IMG/VR virus record: IMGVR_UViG_3300005077_000012
Span: 1 to 64,000 of that record
Length of the DNA stretch: 64,000 nt
Reading direction: 5' to 3' (one strand)
From: a virus
Lineage: Duplodnaviria > Caudoviricetes
Each line of letters opens with the position of its first letter. Positions within the stretch are counted from its first letter, which is position 1. Positions 17,746-28,376 of this stretch are shown in pieces. A program made the position numbers and the translations under genes. Under the pieces are notes generated by a model, which was given only the letters and a program-made list of their open reading frames with translations, did not search any database and was not told where the DNA came from.

Positions 17746-19223
17746 AGACTCCCCGCAGTCGGGAACGATCCCGCAGTAAATATCTTGTCCGTAAATGTGA
17801 TGGGACCTTTCTTGCTATAATCCCACCCCCGGGTCACACTCAGACTGGATGTGAGCGCACCGCCGTAGAACCACGAATGACTGACTCCCTCAGCATAGAA
17901 GGACCCGTCCAGCCCTTCCATCGATACTTTATCGCCGAGGTAGACGTCGTCGTCCGCACTGGACGGAACCATGAACGAGATACTTCCCGATATGTACTCC
18001 ACATTTTTCTCATACCAGTTCTTCAGCGTCTGCGCCGCGTTTGTCATCTCAGTCACGAAATCGTTGACGTTGGATACAACCTTCGCCGATGTTCGCTGCG
18101 CCACGGTCGCGTAGAATATGCGCATGGTCATCGGACGCAGCAGAAACTTGTTCAGGTTTGCGTCATCAACCAGAGCACTGCCCATACAAAACAGTGAGTA
18201 CTCAGTGAAGTCGGAATACTCAGGGACCGCAAGGTACACCGAGTAACACTGTTCCGTTGAAACATTGAAGTCGTACCTTGTCAGGTACCGCAGCGGAATA
18301 ACCTTACCGTCCATGTTGTCGAAGTAATCCTCCCGGGCCCCGGATCGGATGGACCCGTTGAAGGGCGTCGGGCGTCCGACCAGACAGGTCTTGTCCTTCG
18401 GAAGCGCCACGTCCTCACCTTCGACATAGACGGAATGACTGCCCTCATCAAAATAAAATTCGTTGAAGGGAGCCTCCGCCAGCTTCTTGATCTCACGCCA
18501 GACGTTCTGGTTCTCCACGGACCCGTAGAAGAACGTCACATCAGACGGCAACACCCGGGTCCCGGTGAACGCGTCCAGTGCCGTCGTCAGGTCCAGATAG
18601 GTATTCAGATACTTCTTATAGGTCGTTGCACCGAGCGCATCGAGCAGCTTGAACCACTCCGTCATCAGAACGGATACGATGTCTTTGATCAGAACGCCAC
18701 CACCCTGCATCTTGTTCGCGATCGCAGTCGCCATCGCAGCCGCCGCACCCATGTACCCGGAGAGCTTGCTGTCAAGCTCCTTGATCCTGAGCGCGAGTAT
18801 CTGATACCCGAGTTGTGCCTCCTCCAGCAGGCCCCCGATGTGTGTCAGCGTCAGGACAACAGTACGCTGCGGCTTCCCGTCTGAACCCATTGACCCATTC
18901 GTCGCGATCCTCCGAATGTACCCCTGAAACTTCGTAACTCCGAACTCCTTGATCTTGATCACATCCATAACGTGCAGCATATCAAAGACGTGCATCGGTA
19001 TCCCGACCGAGTTCAGCATGACAGGCGTCAGTGACATAGTACACCCACCCATCGCAGTACGCATCGTCTTCGTCCACGTAAAGCTGAGCACAGACTGTGT
19101 GATATCAATAGTCTGCAGCAATGATCCAATGTCCCAATCCCAGATATCAACACTGACAGATACATCCATCTGCCGGATAACGGGAGCATCGGACGGCTTC
19201 CCGGATGTGAAATCGGTCATCAT
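17742..19223 (-). CDS. Baseplate hub protein, putative
   Basis: 493 aa after tape measure; hub-like C-terminus (VYLGDKVSM....FYAEGVSHSW.....TSSLSVTRG). Confidence 0.65.
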   Translation of the reverse strand: MMTDFTSGKPSDAPVIRQMDVSVSVDIWDWDIGSLLQTIDITQSVLSFTWTKTMRTAMGGCTMSLTPVMLNSVGIPMHVFDMLHVMDVIKIKEFGVTKFQGYIRRIATNGSMGSDGKPQRTVVLTLTHIGGLLEEAQLGYQILALRIKELDSKLSGYMGAAAAMATAIANKMQGGGVLIKDIVSVLMTEWFKLLDALGATTYKKYLNTYLDLTTALDAFTGTRVLPSDVTFFYGSVENQNVWREIKKLAEAPFNEFYFDEGSHSVYVEGEDVALPKDKTCLVGRPTPFNGSIRSGAREDYFDNMDGKVIPLRYLTRYDFNVSTEQCYSVYLAVPEYSDFTEYSLFCMGSALVDDANLNKFLLRPMTMRIFYATVAQRTSAKVVSNVNDFVTEMTNAAQTLKNWYEKNVEYISGSISFMVPSSADDDVYLGDKVSMEGLDGSFYAEGVSHSWFYGGALTSSLSVTRGWDYSKKGPITFTDKIFTAGSFPTAGSL

Positions 19224-21151
19224 TTCTTTTTACCCTTCCCTGTCGGAACCTTTGTCTTCACATCGGTCTTCAGGTCAATCTTGTCCAGAGCCGCCGCGAT
19301 CTTCTTGACTGACGGTGTACCATCCGAAAACGCATTGACCAATGCCAGCGTCGCGTTGTTGACCTTACTCATGACATTGACCATCGAACTTTCGGCCTCC
19401 GCCAGTATCTTCGTCTGCGATGTCTGGATAACCGCCGCCCCACGGTCACCCCTCAGCGCACCGATCCCGACAAAGCCCCGACCGCGCTCCTTCATCTTCG
19501 TATCCCCCATGAACGCACCGGCACTGTCAATGAGCGTCGTATTCAACCCGGGGGCGAGCTCACCGAAGACGCCCGCCGCCATGTTCCGCATCAGGGTCTT
19601 ATTTCCACCAGAGGCTTGCTTGATCCACGACAGATCAGACTTCAGGGCCTCGGTAGGGTTCCGAACGCGCTCCATCGTCTCCAGAAAATCCTCTCCCGGC
19701 TTCCGCATCCGAAGGAACTGCATGACTTCCTTACCACTGCTGAGCTGAGACCCGCCGGAGTAGTGGGACTGTATCCCTGACACCAGAGCCTCTGCGGTCC
19801 CGTACGCTTTGTTCCCGCCCTGCGCCGACATGACCGCGTTCATCAGCGTCGCGGTACCCGACGTGAAGGACTCCAGCGCGCCCTTGTTCATACCGCGCTT
19901 CATCCCCTCTTCGACTGCCCCGGAGACCACGGTCACATACTTCGTCATCAGACCTTGTGGCAGTGCAGTTGTCCCCAGCATATAGTCAGGGTTATTCGAG
20001 AGTCCCGCTTGCTGACGGATACCAATCGCACGCCCCAGAGCCCCAGCCTCTACGCCATAATAGGCGGACGTTGCCAGCGCGTTCCTCACATTGAGTCCCT
20101 GACCTGTCCGGGCCCCGGTCCATCCGCCTCCAGACGAACCGAGCGCCCCGTAGAATGACGTTATTGATCCCTGCGGAATACCCTCTGCGCCATAATCAAG
20201 GTATTGCCTGCGCAATCGAGAGTAATTGCTTCCCATACCTCCGGGGCCGCCGGTAAGACGCTGCGAAATTCCCGACGACCAGAGCATCGACGCACGCTCG
20301 ATCTCCTTGTGCGCGAGCGTGGAGATAACCGACATGACCACACCACCGGCAGCGAGAACCCCACCGACAACCCCCATCGCAGCCGGGGCCATTGCCTTCA
20401 GGCCCCCGGAGAGCGACTTCATCGGTGCCGCATTGTCCGACGAACCCCCAGCAGGCGTATCAGGCGTCCCTTCGTCCGCCGGAGCGGCGTCTTCAGCAGG
20501 CTTCCGGCGGCGGAATACGTTGCGGAGTCGAGAAAACCGTGGAACCCGGCCCGGCTCACGCGGAGCCTCCTCGGTTCCGGTTTCTTTCGTCTCCTTTGCG
20601 GTCTCGCCGAGCCCCTTTGTATCGCTGGTCGTCTTCGCGCGTTCTGTGGCCTTCTCGGCCGCACGGTGAGAATACTCCTTCGCCAGTTCCCCCGCACGCG
20701 ATGATAACCCGCTCCACGCCCGCAACGCGTCCGCGCGGTCACCCGAGAGCGGATCGATGAACCCGGCACCGGCCCGGGCCCCACCTTCCGCGACACCACC
20801 GACCTTCTGCCCGAGGTTCTTCCGGTTACGCTCTTCAGCACGGTTGCGCCTCTCTTCGTTGTCCTTTGCCCGGGCAGACTGCTTTTCAGATGCTTCAGCG
20901 CCTTCCTTCGTCTTGTCCCGGACGCGGTCAGCGTTCTCCTTTTCCCTCCGGGAGAAGAAGTCCCGGATACGGCCCCAGAGCCCGAGGTCCTGCTGCTGCG
21001 CTCCCGGCTTCGTTACCGGCGCACTGACTTTTGTACCGACGGCATCACCGGCACCGGCCGCGTCGTCGAACGCGTCCTTGATCTTCTTGATCTCTTTGAC
21101 AACCTGATCACCGCCCGTAGCGGACAGTTTTATGCTGTTAAATATGTCCAA
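19220..21151 (-). CDS. Tape measure protein
   Basis: 643 aa Ala/Gly-rich helical protein between chaperones and hub. Confidence 0.7.
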   Translation of the reverse strand: MDIFNSIKLSATGGDQVVKEIKKIKDAFDDAAGAGDAVGTKVSAPVTKPGAQQQDLGLWGRIRDFFSRREKENADRVRDKTKEGAEASEKQSARAKDNEERRNRAEERNRKNLGQKVGGVAEGGARAGAGFIDPLSGDRADALRAWSGLSSRAGELAKEYSHRAAEKATERAKTTSDTKGLGETAKETKETGTEEAPREPGRVPRFSRLRNVFRRRKPAEDAAPADEGTPDTPAGGSSDNAAPMKSLSGGLKAMAPAAMGVVGGVLAAGGVVMSVISTLAHKEIERASMLWSSGISQRLTGGPGGMGSNYSRLRRQYLDYGAEGIPQGSITSFYGALGSSGGGWTGARTGQGLNVRNALATSAYYGVEAGALGRAIGIRQQAGLSNNPDYMLGTTALPQGLMTKYVTVVSGAVEEGMKRGMNKGALESFTSGTATLMNAVMSAQGGNKAYGTAEALVSGIQSHYSGGSQLSSGKEVMQFLRMRKPGEDFLETMERVRNPTEALKSDLSWIKQASGGNKTLMRNMAAGVFGELAPGLNTTLIDSAGAFMGDTKMKERGRGFVGIGALRGDRGAAVIQTSQTKILAEAESSMVNVMSKVNNATLALVNAFSDGTPSVKKIAAALDKIDLKTDVKTKVPTGKGKKK

Positions 21152-21443
21152 CGTCTCCCTCCACTCCGGCCAGTTGTAGCTGCGCCCTGATCTTTGCGAG
21201 CTGCGCGTCGGTGTACCCGAGATTTTTCAGGTTCGTCGCCGTATCGTCGTCGATCTCCGCCAACCGCTTTGACTCGATGTGCGTTTGACGCATGACCGAG
21301 TCTGTCGGCATTTCGAGAAACGAGACAAACAGCAGGTCCTTCTGCTTCTGGCTCAGCTCCAGAAACCGTTGATCGGTTGGCAGCACTCTGAAGTGTTCGA
21401 TGATCCATAGGTCGATAAAATGCGCTTCATGTACCCTTTTCAA
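21138..21443 (-). CDS. Second tail assembly chaperone segment (frameshift product or TTG start)
   Basis: Open +1 frame overlapping chaperone end; protein-like sequence LWIIEHFRVLPTDQRFLELSQKQKDLLF; no good ATG or RBS near the junction. Confidence 0.55.
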   Translation of the reverse strand: MKRVHEAHFIDLWIIEHFRVLPTDQRFLELSQKQKDLLFVSFLEMPTDSVMRQTHIESKRLAEIDDDTATNLKNLGYTDAQLAKIRAQLQLAGVEGDVGHI

Positions 21444-21816
21444 ATCCGCCCGATTGGAGCTTCGCTCGAAATCGGTCGCGAAAGAGAAAGTATCCTTTGT
21501 ATAATTCTCCGAGCAGTTCCTCGTCCAGACACGTCCACGGACCACGGAACCACTTCGGGCACTTTTCAGGTATGTAGGTGTAGTCAATCACGACACACGC
21601 TTCAACGGATGCAAGGTGTTCCGCTGTATACGACGCCCGGGGATACCCACCGAGCCTCCGGGCGATCTCCGCCTCGATTGCAGCCTGTACAGACAGGTTT
21701 GCATACTTCAGTGTGAATGTCTCTCCCTTGTATTGAATCGGTATCTCCAGCTCCGACTCCCGTATGATACTCTTTCCGAGGGTAATAACATCATCCTTCT
21801 CCATTTTGTTAAACAT
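21427..21816 (-). CDS. Tail assembly chaperone
   Basis: 129 aa between tube and tape measure, GGAGAG RBS. Confidence 0.7.
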   Translation of the reverse strand: MFNKMEKDDVITLGKSIIRESELEIPIQYKGETFTLKYANLSVQAAIEAEIARRLGGYPRASYTAEHLASVEACVVIDYTYIPEKCPKWFRGPWTCLDEELLGELYKGYFLFRDRFRAKLQSGGFEKGT

Positions 21817-21841
21817 AATCTCTCTCTCCTTGTTTTAATGC

Positions 21842-21867
21842 GGGGCCCCCGAAGTTCCGGGGACCCC
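21842..21867. terminator. GC-rich hairpin between tube and chaperone genes
   Basis: GGGGCCCCC...GGGGACCCC stem; no U tract on the sense strand, so may be a processing or stability element. Confidence 0.4.
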
Positions 21868-21888
21868 TGCAAATTTTCTATAGACGGG

Positions 21889-22335
21889 TTAGGTCGTCCG
21901 CTCAATCGCCATGAACCGGATGTTGGCCGTGACGTACGAGTTCGGTGCAATCTGGATACCGTTAGAGGCGATGATAACCCGTTTGAACTGGTTAATGATC
22001 GACCCCTCTGCAGTATTCAGAAACTGCATCATACCAAACTCGTTCGGCTTCCCCGCGTTTGACTGGACCGCGCTTCTGGTCGGCAGGTAATCGGACAGTG
22101 CCGTCACACCGCCATCCGCCCACGGACCTGACCCGGGTATCTCGGGAACGAACGTCCCCAATGTGATCGTACACGAATACCCCTGACTGTCATAGTCAAC
22201 AGGTCCGTGATAGTTCAGCACGTTACACGGGTTAACGACCCAATCCTCATCGTATGACGCGTTCGATGCCAGACCGACAGCCGCGCCGTCGATCAGAACC
22301 TGCACCCACGCACCGCCACATACTAATTTAGCCAT
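21889..22335 (-). CDS. Tail tube protein
   Basis: 148 aa directly after sheath; ATG 22335 with AGGAGG RBS. Confidence 0.75.
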   Translation of the reverse strand: MAKLVCGGAWVQVLIDGAAVGLASNASYDEDWVVNPCNVLNYHGPVDYDSQGYSCTITLGTFVPEIPGSGPWADGGVTALSDYLPTRSAVQSNAGKPNEFGMMQFLNTAEGSIINQFKRVIIASNGIQIAPNSYVTANIRFMAIERTT

Positions 22336-22345
22336 AATGCTCCTC

Positions 22346-24043
22346 CTATACCGTCGCCACAATTTCGTGGAAGTGATTAGTCACGAACACGAAATTGATC
22401 GGACAGGTGATGTACGCGTCGTAGTCCACAATGAGCTGATCACTCACCAGAGATATTGACACGTTCCAGTATGCCCCCTCGTCTCCAGTAACGAAGACCC
22501 CGAGCTCCTTGTATCCGCTGAGTCTGTTCTCAACCGCGCCCCGGATAACACCATCCATGAGCAGGCCCGGTTGACCGACGAACATCCCCTCCAGATAATT
22601 TCTGAGGTCCCGGGAGACGAAGAACATCTCCTTGACCACGGAGAACTCGTTGTATTTGAGGTCATCCGCCTGATAGGTCGTGATCTGCCGGACAACGTGC
22701 GGAACACCCGCAGAGTTGTAGTTGATCGGACATACACCACCTGCGATCAGCGTCTCAAGGTACGCATCGCTGACCTTGTGCTCAAGGTCGATGTAGTTAA
22801 GCATCTTGAACGTCATCGGCATATTGATTGCGATCGCACAGGTCATCCCGAGCAGCATACACGCGGTATACGACGCGGGATAATTCTGAAGGACGCCGTT
22901 GACGTCGTACTGCGTTCCGCCGTTGTATGCGAACAGGCCGCAGAATGAATTGAGGTTGCCCGCCTGCGTAACCGTAGACGCCACTGAGTCGCCCCATGCA
23001 CCGCCGACGAGGAACTGCCGCTCCTTCCGGCCGGTAACCGCGCTCATGGACTCACAGTGCGTCTTGATCAGCGCGTGGATTGCGCTGCTGGTACTCGGCG
23101 TAGCCACAAACTGAATGTCTTCCGCCTCCAGCGCAGTCAGCGCGGTACCCCACTCGGTCGATGTATACGAACCTTCGCTACCACCCGTACAGTACGTCGC
23201 GGTGGCTGGAAGGGCCGGTATCTTGCGACCGACCGCCGCACTCTCATCCTCAGCGGTGAAGTACAACGAATAGTCGTTGATGGTATCGATGATCGCCTGA
23301 TGTGTCGACTGTGCTGTATACGACGTCGCGATACTCTGCGCAGACACACAGTCCAGCTCCAGCGAGCTCGCGTCTTCCTGACCGGCCACCGCAGCAGCAG
23401 TAAACGACGTCACCGTGTTGATGTACGCAACAACGGAGTTGATCGTTGGATAACTGTTCAGGTCAAGACTGATCCCGCCAACACTCGTCGTCAGCGTATG
23501 CGTCGTGCTGTCGTTGACGATGGTCATCGTACAGGCACCGCCGCCGTACACGACGCTGAACGAGTTCCGAATGATGTCATCGTGAACTTCGGTTTTCGTC
23601 TTGTATACGATCGTGATCTTCTTGCCTGCAGTGGTTCCTGCCTCGATCTTGAAGTTGAGCTGGTTCTGATCGAGACCATAGTCCCGACTTTCCAGCTTTA
23701 TCATCGGGTCCGTTGAGTTGAGCAGGTGCCCTGATGATTGTACTGCCGAGTTGACCCGCATTGCATAGAGCTTCTGCGGAACATAGCCCGGCCCCGGGTT
23801 AAAAGCGAGCCGCATGGCTTCCATGAGTTCCCCGCCCTTGAGTGTCCGGATCGCGTCGCCGAGGGTATTGAACTGGAGAAGGGTCTGGGGCTCACCGCCG
23901 GTACACGACCCCATAATCACGCCATTGTTCGCGCTCGCGAACCCAACGGCCCCCTTAACACTGTCAATCCTTGAGTACGCACCGGGAATGAGATGCTGGC
24001 TTATCTGTCCAGCCGATTGAAACGTACGCTTACTAACTCCCAT
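22346..24043 (-). CDS. Tail sheath protein
   Basis: 565 aa; IPGAYSRID N-terminus, C-terminal sheath motif (RQITTY....YNE.SV...RDLR..LE..FVG). Confidence 0.9.
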   Translation of the reverse strand: MGVSKRTFQSAGQISQHLIPGAYSRIDSVKGAVGFASANNGVIMGSCTGGEPQTLLQFNTLGDAIRTLKGGELMEAMRLAFNPGPGYVPQKLYAMRVNSAVQSSGHLLNSTDPMIKLESRDYGLDQNQLNFKIEAGTTAGKKITIVYKTKTEVHDDIIRNSFSVVYGGGACTMTIVNDSTTHTLTTSVGGISLDLNSYPTINSVVAYINTVTSFTAAAVAGQEDASSLELDCVSAQSIATSYTAQSTHQAIIDTINDYSLYFTAEDESAAVGRKIPALPATATYCTGGSEGSYTSTEWGTALTALEAEDIQFVATPSTSSAIHALIKTHCESMSAVTGRKERQFLVGGAWGDSVASTVTQAGNLNSFCGLFAYNGGTQYDVNGVLQNYPASYTACMLLGMTCAIAINMPMTFKMLNYIDLEHKVSDAYLETLIAGGVCPINYNSAGVPHVVRQITTYQADDLKYNEFSVVKEMFFVSRDLRNYLEGMFVGQPGLLMDGVIRGAVENRLSGYKELGVFVTGDEGAYWNVSISLVSDQLIVDYDAYITCPINFVFVTNHFHEIVATV

Positions 24044-24056
24044 AGCTATCTCCTAT

Positions 24057-24290
24057 TTATAGATTTTTTGCACGCTCATCCCACTCTTCCTTCGTCCGGA
24101 TAACCAGATCAGGATTCGTGGCGTTAATCCACGCGCGTTGATACTTGTCCCACGTAGGGCAGTAGCGTTCGAGATATTCCCTGAGTGACATCCCTCCCTG
24201 CACCGCCTGTGGTGGGCTCTGGACTTCTTGCTGCACGCCTTCAGACGGTTCAGCGAAGTCATCGAACTCCGTTACCTTTTTCTGCGCCAT
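24057..24290 (-). CDS. Hypothetical protein
   Basis: 77 aa between tail terminator and sheath. Confidence 0.6.
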   Translation of the reverse strand: MAQKKVTEFDDFAEPSEGVQQEVQSPPQAVQGGMSLREYLERYCPTWDKYQRAWINATNPDLVIRTKEEWDERAKNL

Positions 24291-24299
24291 ACTAACCCC

Positions 24300-25070
24300 C
24301 TATGTAGTGTGGTACGACTCATCGACGGTCGTCGTGTCAACCGACGCGATCAATCCGTCAGACCGCAGTTCAATCCGCATTGCGCCGGAATGTAAAACAC
24401 ACGGTATAGTTATATTACTTCCAAACAATAACATCCCAAACTCGACGTTGATATCCCCGGACCGACGACCATCCAGCGTACCGATGACGTCAATCCCCTG
24501 TGTATGCAGGTACCCCCGACGCGTGTTAATGCAGAGCCGCACCATATCGTACAGGTTAGACACAACCTCACGGTTGTCCCCCCAGATATTGATGTCCACC
24601 CGATGCGATGCACTGTACCACCCCCGCTCTCCGATCAGGGTCGCCCCCGCAGCCGCCACCTTGAGCCGGGCGAACGCCGCGTCAGACGCCAGCAGCCTGC
24701 CCTCAGCCTTGTGACCCTCCATTTCGGCGACAGACTCCGCAGTCACCAGAACGATCTCATGCTCGCGACCCAGCGTCTCAAACGTTTCATTTTCGACGGT
24801 ATCTGACACAGTCACACTCGGGAAGACGTTCAGGTTAAGCTGCTGGCCGAGGACGTCCTGAAACAGGAACATGGCAAACGGGTGCACCGTATCCACACGA
24901 ACGTCACCGAAGTTCCCGGCATACATACCGTTGACATCAACCTCCCGGAAAAACTCCCGGAGCAGGCGTACCAGTACAGTCTCAGGGTTCCCGGACTCAA
25001 TAACCCATACGGGAACCGTGCTCGCCTGCGGGACAACGTACGCGTTCGCGGTTTTATACATCTTCGTCAT
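24300..25070 (-). CDS. Tail terminator/completion protein, putative
   Basis: Position before sheath; FPSVTVSD motif. Confidence 0.55.
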   Translation of the reverse strand: MTKMYKTANAYVVPQASTVPVWVIESGNPETVLVRLLREFFREVDVNGMYAGNFGDVRVDTVHPFAMFLFQDVLGQQLNLNVFPSVTVSDTVENETFETLGREHEIVLVTAESVAEMEGHKAEGRLLASDAAFARLKVAAAGATLIGERGWYSASHRVDINIWGDNREVVSNLYDMVRLCINTRRGYLHTQGIDVIGTLDGRRSGDINVEFGMLLFGSNITIPCVLHSGAMRIELRSDGLIASVDTTTVDESYHTT

Positions 25071-25945
25071 GCGTCAACCCCCTTCGCCCGGGCAATGTCA
25101 GTCTCGAACGCGTCCGCGATTGCCTGATCAGTGATCGGCCGCATCGTATCTACAACTGCCTGCCTGATCGGTATCGGGTCTTTCTTCGGAACGATCCACG
25201 AAGCAGGATCGCTACGCATGGATACCACGCGGAACGTAATGTACGACGAACTCTTCGCCTTCTGCGTATTCGCCTGCATCCGCACCATGCTGGATCGCTT
25301 GCCTGCGGTCCATGTATACGTGTCGGACACCGGACGGCCGTACGCCTGCGATAGTTTCTTCTGCATCTCCGGGGATATCTTCTTCGTCTCCGGGGCCCCG
25401 GACGACCCGAGCCGGTCACCCCATCTATAGGTATTTCGCACGACCCCTTTCACGTCGGTATACTGCCCGGTGACCTTACTCTGACTGAATTTATTGACCA
25501 TATTGTACACGTTCAGGGGCATCGGTTTGTTGGTCGACAGGGTCCCCGGAACCCCATGACGGAAGGCCACGATATTGTAGGGCCCGTTCGCCCCGGTTCG
25601 CGCCTTCGGGCCGGACAACAGGCCCGGCTTCAGATCGATCTCTTGATGACCGTCTTCGATGTACTTGTGCGCCTTGTAATCAGTGTAAATCACCTTCTCC
25701 AGATCGTTGCTCAGGTCCACCTGTATCGACTTCGCGTACTCACCCCTGCTGTTTATCACCCGGGGGCCGCCCGAGGTCGGTATCGGAGCTCCCAGCGCAT
25801 ACCTGCGCCACGTCTCCTGATACATCTTCGCGAGATCATTCAATCGATCCACAACCGTCGGGAACGCCTGCCTGACGGTCTTATCAGACATCAGGGCTGC
25901 AAACCCGGGGATGTGAACACCGACGCCGACCTTCATTTCTGCCAT
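25067..25945 (-). CDS. Neck / tail completion protein, putative
   Basis: Basic protein with SRGEYAKSI...YIEDG motif reminiscent of neck-1/HK97 gp10-like proteins; position. Confidence 0.5.
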   Translation of the reverse strand: MAEMKVGVGVHIPGFAALMSDKTVRQAFPTVVDRLNDLAKMYQETWRRYALGAPIPTSGGPRVINSRGEYAKSIQVDLSNDLEKVIYTDYKAHKYIEDGHQEIDLKPGLLSGPKARTGANGPYNIVAFRHGVPGTLSTNKPMPLNVYNMVNKFSQSKVTGQYTDVKGVVRNTYRWGDRLGSSGAPETKKISPEMQKKLSQAYGRPVSDTYTWTAGKRSSMVRMQANTQKAKSSSYITFRVVSMRSDPASWIVPKKDPIPIRQAVVDTMRPITDQAIADAFETDIARAKGVDA

Positions 25946-27069
25946 CAGAAGGTCCTCTTCGCGTTGATCATATCATACTGCATCAGGTTGATCTTGTTCA
26001 CAAATTCCTTGTTCTCCGACACTCGCATTGACGAGTAATCGCGCAATGCGATGTACGTCGGATTATAGAAAAATTGCACGCTATACTTCTTCGTCGGCTT
26101 CGCGGTGACCCAACTGATCTCATTCCGCCCCACCAGCGTAACCTCGGTATCGACGTCATGCTCCACCCCGTCAAGGTCCACAATCCGCGTAATCCGGACC
26201 ACATCGAAGTAGTTGTTCAACACATCATTCCCAACCGTCAGCGTCGGGTCAACGATCGCGGTGCCATACTGGTCCTTGCTCAATGCGGTGAGCAGATCAT
26301 CCGGTGACACTTTGCAGTAGTATGGCGTAATGAGCTGCGCGGATGCCTCGTCCAGTATATACGGTTTCTCATACCGCATCTTCTGACTGATACCGGTCAC
26401 GATAAAGCTGAATGGCAGCACATAATCGTACGACGCCAACAGCTCATCCCCCGACGTATATGTACCCATGCTGCTTAAAAAAATAAAGTCTTTTTCGTAC
26501 TTTGACACTGTATACGACTCATTTTTTGTGATGTTCGTCACGGCACGCACCCGGCGGATAGAGCCCACATACCACCGGCCCCGGGTCTGGAACGTCGGGC
26601 TGCTGATTTTCAGCACGTTGGTCGCGATCACCGTCGGTGTCTCATCGAGGGCGTTCTGGATCGGGCTGTAATCATACCGCATATTCAGCAGCTCCCACTC
26701 TGCCGGAAAGGGGGCCGCAAGCTGCACATAACTCCCGTCAGCCGGTTGAACCGACGCCAGCGGTAGCTCCACACCACGCTGGAACACCGATACACTTCCC
26801 ACAACAACACTGCCCATCTTCGGGAAGACCTTCCCCATGTTGTTATGCTTCGCCGACTCCCAGCTCACCGTAAACCGATCTGGTGTGGTATACACACGCC
26901 CACGGCCCTTACACAAGGAACACGACGGGCTCGGTTGATTAGTCGACGTACTCAGACAGGGACAGACCACTGCCCGGGTCCACCGTACCCACTGTCCGTG
27001 CCGCCGCAGGGCGGACTCATACGCCGCGACGCTCTGGAATGTATTGAAACCGTTCCCGCTCAGTTCCAC
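25945..27069 (-). CDS. Head closure / head-tail connector, putative
   Basis: G..VRW.RA..CPC.......PSC..CKGRG motif typical of myovirus neck proteins; position. Confidence 0.6.
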   Translation of the reverse strand: MELSGNGFNTFQSVAAYESALRRHGQWVRWTRAVVCPCLSTSTNQPSPSCSLCKGRGRVYTTPDRFTVSWESAKHNNMGKVFPKMGSVVVGSVSVFQRGVELPLASVQPADGSYVQLAAPFPAEWELLNMRYDYSPIQNALDETPTVIATNVLKISSPTFQTRGRWYVGSIRRVRAVTNITKNESYTVSKYEKDFIFLSSMGTYTSGDELLASYDYVLPFSFIVTGISQKMRYEKPYILDEASAQLITPYYCKVSPDDLLTALSKDQYGTAIVDPTLTVGNDVLNNYFDVVRITRIVDLDGVEHDVDTEVTLVGRNEISWVTAKPTKKYSVQFFYNPTYIALRDYSSMRVSENKEFVNKINLMQYDMINAKRTF

Positions 27070-27070
27070 A

Positions 27071-28204
27071 CTATACTCCTACAAACCCGAATGACGGGCC
27101 CCGCCCGAATTTATACCGGTTGCGCTGCAGCCAGTCCTTGATCTCATCCTGATACTGCTTAATCCGGGCACCGAAGAACGCGCTCGTCGCAGACTGCGTC
27201 GAACTGAATGACTCTGACAACCCATCCAGTGATACCGACTGTGACGAGAACCCTGCCATGAGGCCATCTCCGATAACACTCAGGGCCAGCACCGTCGCCC
27301 ACTTCGCGATTGCGGCCCGCAGACCCTCTGGAACAAAGTCCGATGACGAGTACCCGGTTGTATAGTCGAACTCGAACCCTTCCGGATAATGCGATCCAAT
27401 CAGACGCCACGGATAGGCTCCGACCGCAAACGGTCCGTACATCATTCCACTGGTCGGAAAGAGCTGGACCTGACCCGTCGCCTTGTTCAATCTGATCCAC
27501 CCATTCGCGCTCAGGTCAATCACCTCGGTTTTGACTTGTGAATACATCACTGCGCGCTCAATCGATATCACCGGAAAGTGCCGCAGCAGAACAAACCCAT
27601 TATTGCGCCACTCCTCCGGAAGGAAGTCGTACGGGTCATCTTCGTGTGTGTAGTCAACACCATCACGCCAGAACCGGGAACGAACCAGTTCAGAGTCCGG
27701 GTTGGTCTTATAGACCTTGCGCAGGATATCCATATCAAGATAGGACTCGAATTCCCCGATCGCGGTCATGATGTAATACCGGAGCTGCGCATCCTCCATC
27801 GAAGACTGCGCCACGTCGTCCGCCGTCATGTCCACACCCCACATATAGGAGTAGCGCAGATCATCCGGGGTAATGAGCTCGCCCCACTCTCCCGGCGGCG
27901 CGGAGTAGTTGCCGAACGTATATCCGATCTTCTCGGTCTCCGTACCACCCTGCCGGGGAGACGACAGATCACTCTCGGTCCCGGTTCCAGAATTATAATA
28001 ACACGTCTTGTACCACGACCCCGACGTCCCGGACGAGTCCGTGTAGTAGTAGACCTCGTCTTCCGGCAGTATGGTAATCCGGGTCGTGGACGTTGTGATC
28101 TCAACATACGCACCCGCCAGCGTCGTCGATCTGAAAACCTTTATCTGATCATACTCCTGCAGAACCAGCCCGACATCATCGACAACTATACTCAGCCTAT
28201 TCAT
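27071..28204 (-). CDS. Head-tail adaptor with N-terminal beta-sandwich domain
   Basis: C-terminal adaptor-like (LRYYI..AI.E.E..L...; SQSVSLDGLSES); ATG 28204 has GGAGG RBS. Confidence 0.6.
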   Translation of the reverse strand: MNRLSIVVDDVGLVLQEYDQIKVFRSTTLAGAYVEITTSTTRITILPEDEVYYYTDSSGTSGSWYKTCYYNSGTGTESDLSSPRQGGTETEKIGYTFGNYSAPPGEWGELITPDDLRYSYMWGVDMTADDVAQSSMEDAQLRYYIMTAIGEFESYLDMDILRKVYKTNPDSELVRSRFWRDGVDYTHEDDPYDFLPEEWRNNGFVLLRHFPVISIERAVMYSQVKTEVIDLSANGWIRLNKATGQVQLFPTSGMMYGPFAVGAYPWRLIGSHYPEGFEFDYTTGYSSSDFVPEGLRAAIAKWATVLALSVIGDGLMAGFSSQSVSLDGLSESFSSTQSATSAFFGARIKQYQDEIKDWLQRNRYKFGRGPSFGFVGV

Positions 28205-28376
28205 TCCGTCCCCTCCTCGATACACTGCGCCCGACTATCGTCGGAAACATATTGACCACCGCGCTTACGATAACCCCGATCCCGGCGTTCGTCGGCCATA
28301 TACCCCACAGACCTCGCGCAACGAACTGCGCCGCCTTCTTGTACCCATAGCTCACAATGAAGGACTTGCGCATCAT
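28197..28376 (-). CDS. 59-aa hypothetical protein (not in ORF track)
   Basis: ATGA overlap with upstream stop; MMRKSFIVSYGYKKAAQFVARGLWGIWPTNAGIGVIVSAVV... Confidence 0.45.
   Translation of the reverse strand: MMRKSFIVSYGYKKAAQFVARGLWGIWPTNAGIGVIVSAVVNMFPTIVGRSVSRRGRNE

Noticed and set aside
21130-21408. 92-aa ORF (MDHRTLQ...) as the second chaperone
   Set aside because: Its composition looks like a shadow frame; the overlapping +1 frame gives the protein-like sequence
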